Source: Camelus dromedarius
Lineage: Eukaryota
Assembly (NCBI RefSeq): GCF_036321535.1
Contig: NC_087459.1
Coordinates: 25,544,001 to 25,608,000 of the forward strand
DNA length: 64,000 bases
Direction: 5' to 3'
This document shows positions 35,388 to 46,039 of the stretch, one piece after another; positions within the stretch are counted from its first letter, which is position 1; each line of letters opens with the position of its first letter. A program made the position numbers and the translations under genes. The notes below the pieces were generated by a model. The model saw nothing but the letters and a program-made list of their open reading frames with translations, was not told the DNA's origin and made no database searches.

Positions 35388-36221
35388 CCATGGAATAATT
35401 CTTAAGAAATGCTAGCTCTGCCTTCCTCTGGTGGATGGTAACTACCTGCTCCTTCTCTATTTTTCCACATGGATATTTTCCCCTAATGGGTCTCCTCAAA
35501 AAATACCTTTTGATTCTCTTAATCACCAAAAGTCAAGTAAACCTAAATTGTGCACATGGGCTCAATATGGTAGTGAAAGCCATCTTGTTCTAGGTAACTT
35601 AGACACTACCTTCTCTAAATAACTTCCCAAATAAACTGAAACTAACAACCAAACATGTAGAAAAATTAAGAGTCACAATAAAGTATATTTTCTGCAGGAA
35701 ACACGTATTATTTCTATAATAAGAAAATTATAATAACCGTCAGCCTGGGTGAGGAATCTCATCTCTGCCATCGCAAAATACAGAGCTAGTTTTATTCTCA
35801 CGGCGGCACGTTCTATTCTGAAATGTGAACCTCTAGAATAAACATCACATTTTCCATCCCTTTCCTTCAAATTTTAGTCCAGTCCAGTGATTTCTGCAAT
35901 CCAATCTGGTTGTAAAATCTAAGGCTCTCTCAGAAGGATGTTCAATCCAACTCAAGTGATTTTCATTATCTCAGCCATTTTTCCGCCTCAAATCCTCCGT
36001 AGACCTCCCTCCCCTACGGCGCCTGGCTAACTCTGAAGACTCAGAGAAGAGTCTCACTCTCCTCCCGTCTGCTGCTGCTTCGAGGCTGGTATGCTGGATT
36101 TAGGAGAGAAACACAACACACCAGTCTCTTGGCAACGCAACACTCTCCTCTGGTCTTGGTCCTCTCCAAGTCATCTCTCGTAGATCCCAGAGAGGCAGGC
36201 AACCAGTGCAGGCAGACTCAC

Positions 36222-36816
36222 ATCCCAGACCGAGAGCCAGGGTCCTTTTTGAATTTGGCATTTCGTTATTTAGCAGTACATTCTCAAAATCATACTGTCT
36301 CTACTGTCATTCCTTCAATAGTCCATGCCTGAGGGAGATAGGAAAGAATCTTATATTTTCAGGGGACCCATAGTTTTATGACCTTTAACTTTAAAGTTTC
36401 TGGCATCTTCTCATTTTAAGCTCTGTAGATCTAACATCACACGGCCAAGTGTAACTGCCTGTTTATTCTCTATTTCTCACATGTTTTCACTGAAGATATC
36501 TCCTCAAGGTCTCCAAAGGCTAAGGAAATAATTTTCAAGGGATGTGTCATTGAAGGAGAGGACAATAGAGACATACATCCAGGTGCAAACAGAGAAGAAA
36601 TTCTTTAGCTATCAGTATCTTCTGGTAACATGCTACATGCACATCCCATCCACCCATTTAGAGGGCATGTCTTTTCCATTGATACAGTAACGTACAATCA
36701 CTTCCTAAATCACTATCACACTTACCTATGCAACTAATATTGATCTAAGCAACTAACATTGATCTAAGCATCCCAAACTTATAATCATTATCAATTCCCA
36801 TTAGTTTCACAGTGAG
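36222..36816 (-). ncRNA. Candidate pair of non-coding exons (36816-36726 and 36328-36222) of a possible lncRNA
   Basis: Minus strand: TGATTTTTATTACAG|exon 91 nt|CATAG-GTAAGT, intron of 397 nt, TCTTTCCTATCTCCCTCAG|exon 107 nt|GGAT-GTGAGT. Both exons have stops in all three frames. No expression evidence is available. Confidence 0.25.
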
Positions 36817-37094
36817 CTGTAATAAAAATCAACATGGACAACTGCAAGCTTGACACCTTCAACTAAGCTGGAATCTGAGCAAGAGACACCAGAGTAGGAT
36901 TTCTCCTTCTCAAATTTAGTTTAAGTCTTATCTGTAGAGAGAGCACAGAACATTCAGGAACATACTTTGTCTACAAACTTACCTAATTGGCAGACTAAGC
37001 ACAGGTGCAGGGCACCAGCAGAGGGAGACCAGGCAGTAAGAACAGTTCACACCTGAAGAATTTCACTCAAAGCATTTACTCCAAATATTTAGAA

Positions 37095-37405
37095 TAAAAA
37101 ATTCTGGCAGCATCAAGCGTAAGCATGTGGATATTGAGCAGGAAGAACTGCTATACACTGCCACTGGGCGTGTAAATTGGTGCAGCCATTTGGGGGAACA
37201 ATGTGGAAACAGTGAGAAAATGGGAGGAAGCACATACTCTGTAATCCAGTGATTTCTGTCTTCGGAGTTGACCCTACAGAGTCTCTTGCTCAGCGACACA
37301 TGTACACAAGAAGGAATGATCACAGCAACTGTGCTCATAATAACGAATATTTGAAAACAAACTCCATGCATCAATAAGAGATGACTCCGTTGTGACACAC
37401 TCACC
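37095..37405 (+). mobile_element. Old L1 (L1ME-like) ORF2 3' fragment
   Basis: GAACTGCTATACACTGCCACTGGGCGTGTAAATTGGTGCAGCCATTTGGGGGAACAATGTGG..GATCACAGCAACTGTGCTCATAATAACG. Confidence 0.7.
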
Positions 37406-37599
37406 TAACCATATGGGGTAGTCAAGTGGCTTTCAAGGTCATCCAGGTGAATAGTTCTCACCTGGAGAGCTTTAAACACAAAGATTCTGAATCAGAATTT
37501 TTTGCGGGGGATAGGGGCAGGTGGAGCCTGTGCATCCATTGCTACATGAAATAATAATTGAGAAACAATCGTTTAGATTATTCACAGACCATTGAAACT

Positions 37600-37715
37600 G
37601 TGGTCTGGAGGTATAGACTGACTTGTCTAAGGTAACCCAGATGGTCAAAGGGCGAGTGGGGAACAGAATCAGGTTCTCCTGCCTCCAGGACCAGAGCTCT
37701 CTCCAGTGCATCACA
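37600..37715 (-). mobile_element. MIR fragment
   Basis: GACTGACTTGTCTAAGGTAACCCAGATGG..GAATCAGGTTCTCCTGCCTCCAGGACCAGAGCTCT. Confidence 0.55.
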
Positions 37716-37845
37716 TTACCTTCTTTGTCTCTTTGGATAGTTTTTGACTTAAAGTCTATTTTGTCTGATATAAGTACAGCCACTCCAGTTCTCATTTACA
37801 TGGAATATCTTTTTGCATACTTTCACTTTTAGCCTATGTGTACAT
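37716..37845 (-). mobile_element. L1 ORF2 endonuclease-domain fragment
   Basis: The ORF-track peptide GVAVLISDKIDFKSKTIQRDKEG is the conserved L1 APE-like endonuclease motif (GVAILISDKIDFK..RDKEG). Confidence 0.85.
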
Positions 37846-38084
37846 CAATGTTGTGTTTCTAAAGGCTAGTGGCAGGAGACCTTCCCAGAAGGGAAAGAAA
37901 GGCTAGAGGAAAGAGTTTGAAAAGGACGACACAATTGGCCAAACTGAGGAGGGGAGGACTTCTCCAAGACTGGGAAGAGAACGTCCACTCGACTACTGGG
38001 GAACTGGGAGGACCTCAGAGATGAATGGCCTAGAGTCACATCTAAAGCACAAGGCTGCAGGCATGGGGAATCCTAGTCTCATCA

Positions 38085-38681
38085 NNNNNNNNNNNNNNNN
38101 NNNNNNNNNNNNNNNNNNNNNNNNNNNNNNNNNNNNNNNNNNNNNNNNNNNNNNNNNNNNNNNNNNNNNNNNNNNNNNNNNNNNNNNNNNNNNNNNNNNN
38201 NNNNNNNNNNNNNNNNNNNNNNNNNNNNNNNNNNNNNNNNNNNNNNNNNNNNNNNNNNNNNNNNNNNNNNNCATTTTAAGTGAAGTAAGCCAGAAAGAGA
38301 AAGAAAAATACCATATGAGATCGCTCGTATGTGGAATCTAAAAAACAAAAACAAAAACAAAAAGAAACAAACAAAAACAAAGCGTAAATACAGGACAGAA
38401 ATAGACTCACAGACAGAGAATACAGACTTGTGGTTACCGGGGGGTGGAGGGTGGGAAGGGATAGCCTGGGATTTCAAAATTGTAGAATAGATAAACAAGA
38501 TTACACTGTATAGCACAGGGAAATATACACAAAATGTTACGATAACTCACAGAGAAAAAAATGTGACAATGAGTGTGTATATGTCCATGAATGACTGAAA
38601 AATTGTGCTGAACACTGGAATTTGACACATTGTAAAATGATTATAAATCAATAAAAAATGTTTAAAAAAAAAACAAAAAAA
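38085..38681 (+). mobile_element. Young camelid-type L1 3' end (5' part hidden in N-run 38085-38271), with polyA signal and A-tail
   Basis: CATTTTAAGTGAAGTAAGCCAGAAAGAGAAAGAAAAATACCATATGAGATCGCTCGTATGTGGAATCT..CTGTATAGCACAGGGAAATATAC..TTTGACACATTGTAAAATGATTATAAATCAATAAAAAATG followed by an A-rich tail. Confidence 0.92.
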
Positions 38682-40044
38682 CCCGTAACACCTAGTGGTG
38701 ATCATGCACCCATGCAAGGGGCTCTTCATGCTTAGAAAATGTCCATATCATGGATGACCAGCATAAACCTACATTCGGGAAACCTTCCCCAGTATCCTGG
38801 CCTTTATGAAATCCTGAGTTTCTCTCACTCAGTCTTGAATTGAGGGGCAGAGAATTCCAACAGTGACTGAGATGAAATTTGTCAGCACCTTGCTGGCACT
38901 GGGCTCAGGGCAGTATTGACTTTGGCTTGAGGGGAATAAAGTCTTTCTGACATTTCCCCATGTCTCACATGAAGTTTGATGGTGGAGGAAAATCATGACA
39001 CCATATTGTTCTCTCTCACTTGAAAACCCAGGCTCTTAACTGCTGGCCACAGGGCTGAAGGCAGGATGGTCCATTTCAGAGACAGGTCAGATTCTGTTTA
39101 CTGTGGCCATTGCCAGAGGGAGAATGGGACTCAGTGGAGACTGTTTCTGCGGTCACCTCTCATGCCGCCATGTTTTCTGAAATCTACCTGTCACACATTT
39201 TAATTAGTAAACTGGGAAAAAAATCTATGCCAGGACATTTTCTGCATCTCTGTATTTAATAGTATTAAATTTTTTTAAGGTTCAAGCAGTTATTATTTGT
39301 TTGCTGGCTTATTGTCCTGTGATCCCAAGGCAGCTGATGACTATTGTGAGTTGTACATTTTCCTGAAGATCAAGGGTGCCCGGGAGTGCAAGTTCTCTTA
39401 TCTCTGCAGGACTTCAGCTGCCTCTCACATCTCTAGGAATTCTAGGACTTATTATATTTTCAGTCTTCATACCTCAGGATCCACTTAGGCTATAAGACCT
39501 TTCTGACAATACAATACTTTAAAATGAACCCACAGTCATGATGATTATATTCACCGTTGTTTTGCCCTTTTGCCCACTTTTGAGATTCATCCTATAACAA
39601 TCCTGGTTCTGAAAGAAATATCTAGAAAACTCGATTATACCCAAACAAAAGAAGTCATCATTTTTAAGGCTGCTAAAATATACTTGTCATTTCCAAGTGA
39701 ACCTCCTTTATCTCGATAGGTAACAATTACTCCAAGTTCTTATTTTAATTCTAAAGCCACCTTAGGGCGGCCTTTGAGCCTGAAAACAAGTTTGCAATGT
39801 TGAGGTCTCTATGAAACATTTCCTCCGTAGTTTCAATAGCCTATTTTCCGAGACAGGGATTGAGTAACAGTTTAAGAGAGTACAGAGTATAAACCCATTT
39901 AAGAGTGCTGCCTTTTTTGAATTTGTCACAAATGGAAGGAGAAGCCAGGGTGACACAGGCAAGGATCAAGTGCCAACATGTGTCTTTCTGTTTATTCATT
40001 ATTCAAGGGTCAGACCCTCAACCAGGGCCAGAGAGAAAGGACAA

Positions 40045-40176
40045 NNNNNNNNNNNNNNNNNNNNNNNNNNNNNNNNNNNNNNNNNNNNNNNNNNNNNNNN
40101 NNNNNNNNNNNNNNNNNNNNNNNNNNNNNNNNNNNNNNNNNNNNNNNNNNNNNNNNNNNNNNNNNNNNNNNNNNNN
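40045..40176. other. N-run (132 bp) in apparently unique sequence
   Basis: Directly visible; the flanks are not a recognisable repeat. Confidence 0.99.
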
Positions 40177-42149
40177 GGGAACTAGTAATAGGTTTTAATG
40201 GATAAAATGTGCCATTGAAACTGGCCATTTTCTAACTCGATCTCAGTGCTTGGCACCCAGCCCGTCTTACGGGCTTACATGCTTTCCACAGTGCTGCACC
40301 AGCTCGTGAGGTGAGAGGGGTGTGTGCACAGCAGGACCGCTGAGCTTGGAGGAGCCGCTCTGATCTCCATCAGGGAGAGTTCCGAGCCCCAGTTTGGGGT
40401 TTCATAGTTCCAACTGGACAGACCAGTGGGGAAGAACCAGGGTAATGTCCCCTTCCATACAGACTTGTGGAGGCCTTCCACTGCAGTGGAAGCAAGATTC
40501 AATACAGACCAGACTGGTCCAGGATGGGTGAGGGCAGTGCCTTAGTCATTGCAGTGGCAACCCCCTGGACTGATTTCCAGCTCCACTTGGTTACAATGCA
40601 AATAGACACAACTGGGTTTTACTGGGTCTGGATTAATAGTCAGTGAGGGTTTTTCCCTCTCTCTCTCCCCCTCTCACTCCATCGAGCCATTCCTCCTATT
40701 CAGCTCTGCTGTTAACATGAAAATAGCATGCGAAGAATGGTATGGGCTGACTGCCATGGAGATAAAGAGGGATGTTCATTCTAATTTACTTCATGGCATC
40801 ACGCCTTCTCGCTGCCTCTGTTTTCTTTGCTAGGCAGCTTGATTGCCTCTTGGAGAATATGACTGGTCTGGCCCTCAGCCTTGTGTCTGAGCCACGGCTG
40901 TGGTTAAACAGGTAGCCAGCCTTTGGAGGCTGGACACAAATCTGAACAGTCACCCTGCCCAGGTTTATCTGGGGATGGGAAATCAGTCTTTTTTTTTTTT
41001 TTTTTAAACTTGTAGTGTATTTTCTGCTAAATGATCTCTAATGTTCATTTTGGTGAAATGCTGCAGGATCTAAAAATGAATGATGTTTTCAAATAATGTA
41101 TATTCACTTTGCCCAAAGCATGTTTTACAACTTCTGTTCTGACTGCCTTATGCCAGTGGTCCTGCAGCACAAGTACAGGATTTAAAAGCAAATTTAAAAT
41201 GCTTTTTAGAGTACACGGCATGACCCAAACAGAAAATGAAGATGCGTTCAAGATGGCCACTTCCTCGGCACCCGCACGTCTTCACTAACGTTGCTTGATT
41301 TAATGACCGTGTGTCTTCCTCTGAGCTGCCTCCCTCCAATAGCTGTGGCTACAGCTCCCATCACCAGGTTTTGTGCTCCTACAGAACAACAACAACAAAG
41401 AGGCAAAAGCAAATTTGGTTGAGTCAACGTTATCTTGACTGGTAGCTTAGAAATTCTAAATTCTAATCCGGGGGTGAATGGCCTGATTCGAGGCTGGCAC
41501 AGAACGCTGCTGTGATTCTTTCTTTCCACTCCTGCTTATGAAGCTACAGACTCTGCCACTTCCTTGTCCAAGTCAAAGTGCTGCATGATGTCCTTGACCT
41601 CTCCAGAGCCTCCCTTTCCTCCACTGCCCATCGTTCACGCGACAGTCTGTCTGCATCCCACTGTGAACGTTCCCTGATCTTTCAGGCCTCCCTGCAGTTA
41701 GCAACCCTGGTGATTATCTGCTCCTTCTTCCTTCTGCAAGGCATTGATCAACTGCCCCAAGTAAAGCCGCTTCCTCTGTTCTCACGACATGTTTATATTT
41801 CCAGCTGTCAACTGCCCACCCTTCTACCCCAGCAGCATCTCGAAAGCCAATTCTCCAATGTGGAGAATATAGTCTGACATATAGAAGGTATTTAAAAAGC
41901 ATTTGTTACATGAATTGACAAAAAAAAAAAAAGAATGGAAAGTAAAAGAGCTTTAACCAACCCCCCAAAAAAAACAAATGACTTTTTTTTTCTCTAGAAA
42001 TACAGGAATTGGAACTTGGTTTCCCACTTTGCACTGATTGCTGATCTTGATTTTATATCTTCCCATTACAGTCAACTTTATTGTGCATACTAAAGGAAAG
42101 TAACAATGGTGTAAATAATAATCAAAAAGATACTTCAAAGATAATTTAT

Positions 42150-43491
42150 CTTTGATATTTCTAATTTTTTAAGTCTAGTCAATTACAATGTGTCAATCAC
42201 TGATGTATAGCATAATGTCCCAGTCATACATATACATGCATATATTTGTTTTCATTAAAGATTATTACAAGATATTAAATATAGTTCCCTGTGCTATACA
42301 GAAGAAATTTGGTTTTTATCTATTTTTATATATAGTAGTTAATATTGGCAAATCTCAAACTACCAAATTTATCCCTTCCTATCTCCTATCCTCCTGGTAA
42401 ATTATTTACTATGTCTGCAAGTCTGTGTCTGTTTGTAGATGAGTTCATTAGTGTCCTCTTTCTTTTTTTTAGATTTCACATATGAGTGATATCACATAGT
42501 ATTTATCTTTCTCTTTCTGGCTTACTTCACTTAGAATGACATTCTCNNNNNNNNNNNNNNNNNNNNNNNNNNNNNNNNNNNNNNNNNNNNNNNNNNNNNN
42601 NNNNNNNNNNNNNNNNNNNNNNNNNNNNNNNNNNNNNNNNNNNNNNNNNNNNNNNNNNNNNNNNNNNNNNNNNNNNNNNNNNNNNNNNNNNNNNNNNNNN
42701 NNNNNNNATGAACATTAGGGTGCATGTATCTTTTNNNNNNNNNNNNNNNNNNNNNNNNNNNNNNNNNNNNNNNNNNNNNNNNNNNNNNNNNNNNNNNNNN
42801 NNNNNNNNNNNNNNNNNNNNNNNNNNNNNNNNNNNNNNNNNNNNNNNNNNNNNNNNNNNNNNNNNNNNNNNNNNNNNNNNNNNNNNNNNNNNNNNNNNNN
42901 NNNNNNNNNACTTTTTAATTATGACCANNNNNNNNNNNNNNNNNNNNNNNNNNNNNNNNNNNNNNNNNNNNNNNNNNNNNNNNNNNNNNNNNNNNNNNNN
43001 NNNNNNNNNNNNNNNNNNNNNNNNNNNNNNNNNNNNNNNNNNNNNNNNNNNNNNNNNNNNNNNTGCCCATTTTTGGATTTAGTTGTTTGTTTTTTGTTAT
43101 TAAGTTATATGAGCTGTTTATATATTCTGGAAATTAAAACTTTGTCAGTTGCATCATTTGCAAATATTTTCTCCCGTTCTGTATGTTGTTGTTTTGTTTT
43201 GCTTATGGTTTCCTTTGCTGTGCAAAAGCTTAAAAGTTTAATTAGGTCCCATTTGTTTATTTTTGCTTTTATTTCTATTGCCAGGGTAGACTGCCCTGGG
43301 AGAATATTGCTAAGATTTATGTCAGAGAATGTTTTGCCTACATTGTCTTCTAGGAGATTTATCATGTCTTGTCTTATATTTAAGTCTTTAAGCAATTTTG
43401 AGTTTATTTTTGTGTATGGTGTGAGAGAGTGTTCTAACTTTGTTGATTTGCATGCTGCTCTCCAGTTTTCCCAACACCGTTTGCTGAAGAG
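42150..43491 (-). mobile_element. L1, non-inverted 3' arm of a twin-primed insertion (contains N-runs 42547-42707, 42735-42909, 42928-43063)
   Basis: Minus-strand ORF-track peptide [48 protein letters not shown] is L1 ORF2p C-terminus, preceded by [10 protein letters not shown]; the L1 3'UTR lies at the left. Confidence 0.92.
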
Positions 43492-43947
43492 GTAAAATTA
43501 TCACTATATGCAGATGACATGATACTGTATATAGAAAACCCTAAAAGCTCCACACAAAAACTACTAGAGCTGATGAAAGAATTTGGCAAGGTAGCAGAAT
43601 GCAAGATTAACATACAGAAATCAGTGGCATGTCTTTACACTAACAATGAAATATCAGAAAAAGAGAGTAAAGAAACAATTGCTTTTAAAATTGCATCCAA
43701 AACAATAAAATACTTAGGAATAAATCTGACCAAGGAGGTAAAAGACTTATACATGGAGAACTACAAAACATTGATTAAGAACATTAAAGATGACTTAAAG
43801 AAATGGAAAGATATCCCATACTCTTGAATTGGAAGAATCAATATTATTATAATGGCCATATTACCCAAGGCAATCTACAGATTTAGTGTGATCCCTGTCA
43901 AATTACCCATGAGATGGTGAGGGTGTAATCCCCAGTACCTCCACTAA

Positions 43948-44017
<70 letters not shown>

Positions 44018-44365
44018 TCATTAAAAAATAAAATAAACCTAATTACCCCTCTCCCCAATTTTTTAAATTACCAATGACATTTATCACAGAACTAGAACAA
44101 ATCCTAAAATTTATATGGGATCACAGAAGACCCAGAATTGTCAAAGCAATACTGAAGTAAAGAACGAAGCTGGAGGAATAACCCTCCCAGACTTCAAACA
44201 ATATTGCAGAGCCACAGTAATCAAAAAAGCATGGCATTGGTACAAAAACAGACATAGAGATCAATGGAACAGAGTAGAGAGCCCAGAAATAAATCCACAG
44301 ACCTATGATCAATTAATCTTCAACAAAGGAGGCAAGAATATACAATGGAGAAAAGACAGTCTCTT
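43486..44365 (+). mobile_element. L1, inverted 5' arm (RT domain to pre-C-terminal region), decayed ORF2
   Basis: GAAGAG GTA AAA TTA TCA CTA TAT GCA GAT GAC ATG translates to [20 protein letters not shown] (RT YADD motif), continuing to ..[41 protein letters not shown]. Confidence 0.92.
43913..44064 (+). mobile_element. Internally deleted Vic-1-type SINE nested in the L1, with expanded (AAT)23
   Basis: GGTGAGGGTGTA joins directly to ATCCCCAGTACCTCCA, followed by (AAT)23 at 43948-44016 and AAAATAAACCTAATTACCCCTCTCCCC (the same tail motif as the copy at 2900-3038). TSD AAATTACC(C/A)ATGA at 43900-43912 and 44065-44077. Confidence 0.8.
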
Positions 44366-44596
44366 AATAATGTGTTCTTAAAGCAGTTTTTCATTCCAAC
44401 TAAGAGGAAAATGTAGTAGAAAGCACTCTGAACTTTAATATAAGAGATGAAATTTCTTTCTTACTTTGTTAACAACTTGCTTTTTGTTTGTGGTCAAGTC
44501 CTTTTTTCTTTCAGCCTTAGTCTCTTAATCTCTAAAGTGAGTTGATTTTGGTCCAAAATGAGTAGGATTCAATGATTCCTAATGTCTCTTTCAGCT

Positions 44597-46039
44597 CAGT
44601 AGTATATTGTTCTCAAAGATAACCACGAGGGGTGCCTCCCATCCATGTGCATCACAGTACTCCTCCCAGTAAGAATGTGAACATGTTCTTCTCCCCTTGA
44701 ATCAGGGGTGCAAGAACTCTTTTTAAGACTTCTGAAAGATTTAAGATAGTGCTAGGAGATCACTAGACAATAAGGTGTCTAAGAAGCTTTTTGTCCCCCA
44801 TAAGCCCAACAAGCCCAAAGTAGAGCTAAACATGGACGTGGCTTTGGGAGCCACGGTAAGATTCATAGAAAACCCACAAAGTTTTAAAATAATCATACTA
44901 GCAAAACAGTCCCAGCTTAGACTAAAATACAAAGTGTGAAATCACAAGAGTCCTCTGGGTGCCCAACATCATATATTGACAGAAAGCAGGATGAGAAAAC
45001 TACTCAGCCCTCAGCGCGAGCCCTTTCTTATCCAAAAGGAAGAATGACTCTGAGGGCAGAGCCTAGAGCACAGAAGAACTGCGAATTAGGGAATCACTGT
45101 TAGAGTGTAAAACTGGGCCCTAATCGAGGAGCATTTCCCACCCCACAGTTAGGGGAACTGACTATATGAGCCTGAGTTTTGTTTTTTTTTTTTTTTTTTA
45201 ACAGATTGTCTGCTGAACAGGTTATTCTGTTCTTACTTCATCATGTATGTCGGCTGTATTTGTGTGGAAAGAGGGACTGATAATTTGGCTTGTTTTTGTT
45301 GCTGTTATTGTTACTCTTCTGGTTTTCAAAATCTTCAGATCAAAAAGAACCTCACCTGAGAAGCTTCATCTACCATCTACATGTAGCCGCATTCAGACCT
45401 GGTTTTAAGTCCCGGCTTTGGGACCTAAGCCTGAGTCACTGTTTGGATGAGACTGAAGGTCTTTGGGATAGGTGGGTGACATTTGCACATGGGAGGGACA
45501 TAAAGTGCTGTGGCAGTAGGGCAGATTGTGTTAGGTAGGTAGATTGTCTCCAAAGATGGCCTTAGAGAACTCCTCTTAAGTCTCATTCCTATATATATAT
45601 ATATATATGCGACTATTCCCATTGAGAGGCAGACCCTGTCTCTCCTCTTTTTGAATTTTGGCTGGGCTTTAACTTTGACCAACAGAATTCAGTGGAAATA
45701 GCACTGTATCAGTTCTGAGTCTAACCCTTAAGAGTTGTAGTAGCTTTGTCTTGCAGTCTCTTAAACCACCATGTAGGATTCTGGCTACTTTGGTGGAGAG
45801 AGAGGACCCACCAACCACCATCCATTCTACCGTATGTGAGCTCCCAGGCATGTGAGTGAAGCATTGTGGACAGTCTAGCCCCAGCTGAATGCAACTGTAT
45901 AAGTGACGTTAGCCAGCAGTGCACGGAGTAGATGAAATATCCAGCTGACCCACTAAATTGTAAGAAATAACAAAGCACTTTTGTTTTAGGCCGTTAGACC
46001 TTGGGCTAGTTTGTTACACAGCAATAAATAAACAATACA
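44597..46039 (+). mobile_element. MLT1 (MaLR) proviral remnant: partial 5' LTR, internal fragment, 3' LTR (45527-46039)
   Basis: Two related LTR starts (AGTATATTGTTCTCAAAGATAACC about 44601 and GGTAGATTGTCTCCAAAGATGGCC about 45538). MLT1-int-like end GGATGAGACT..TTTGCACATGGGAGGGACAT..AGGGCAGAT|TGTG. The LTR ends GTTTGTTACACAGCAATAAATAAACAATACA. Confidence 0.75.

Noticed and set aside
43073-44381. ORFs with RT and ORF2p motifs as an active retrotransposon or a domesticated gene
   Set aside because: They are fragmented by stops, frameshifts, an inversion and a SINE insertion; this is a dead, 5'-truncated L1.
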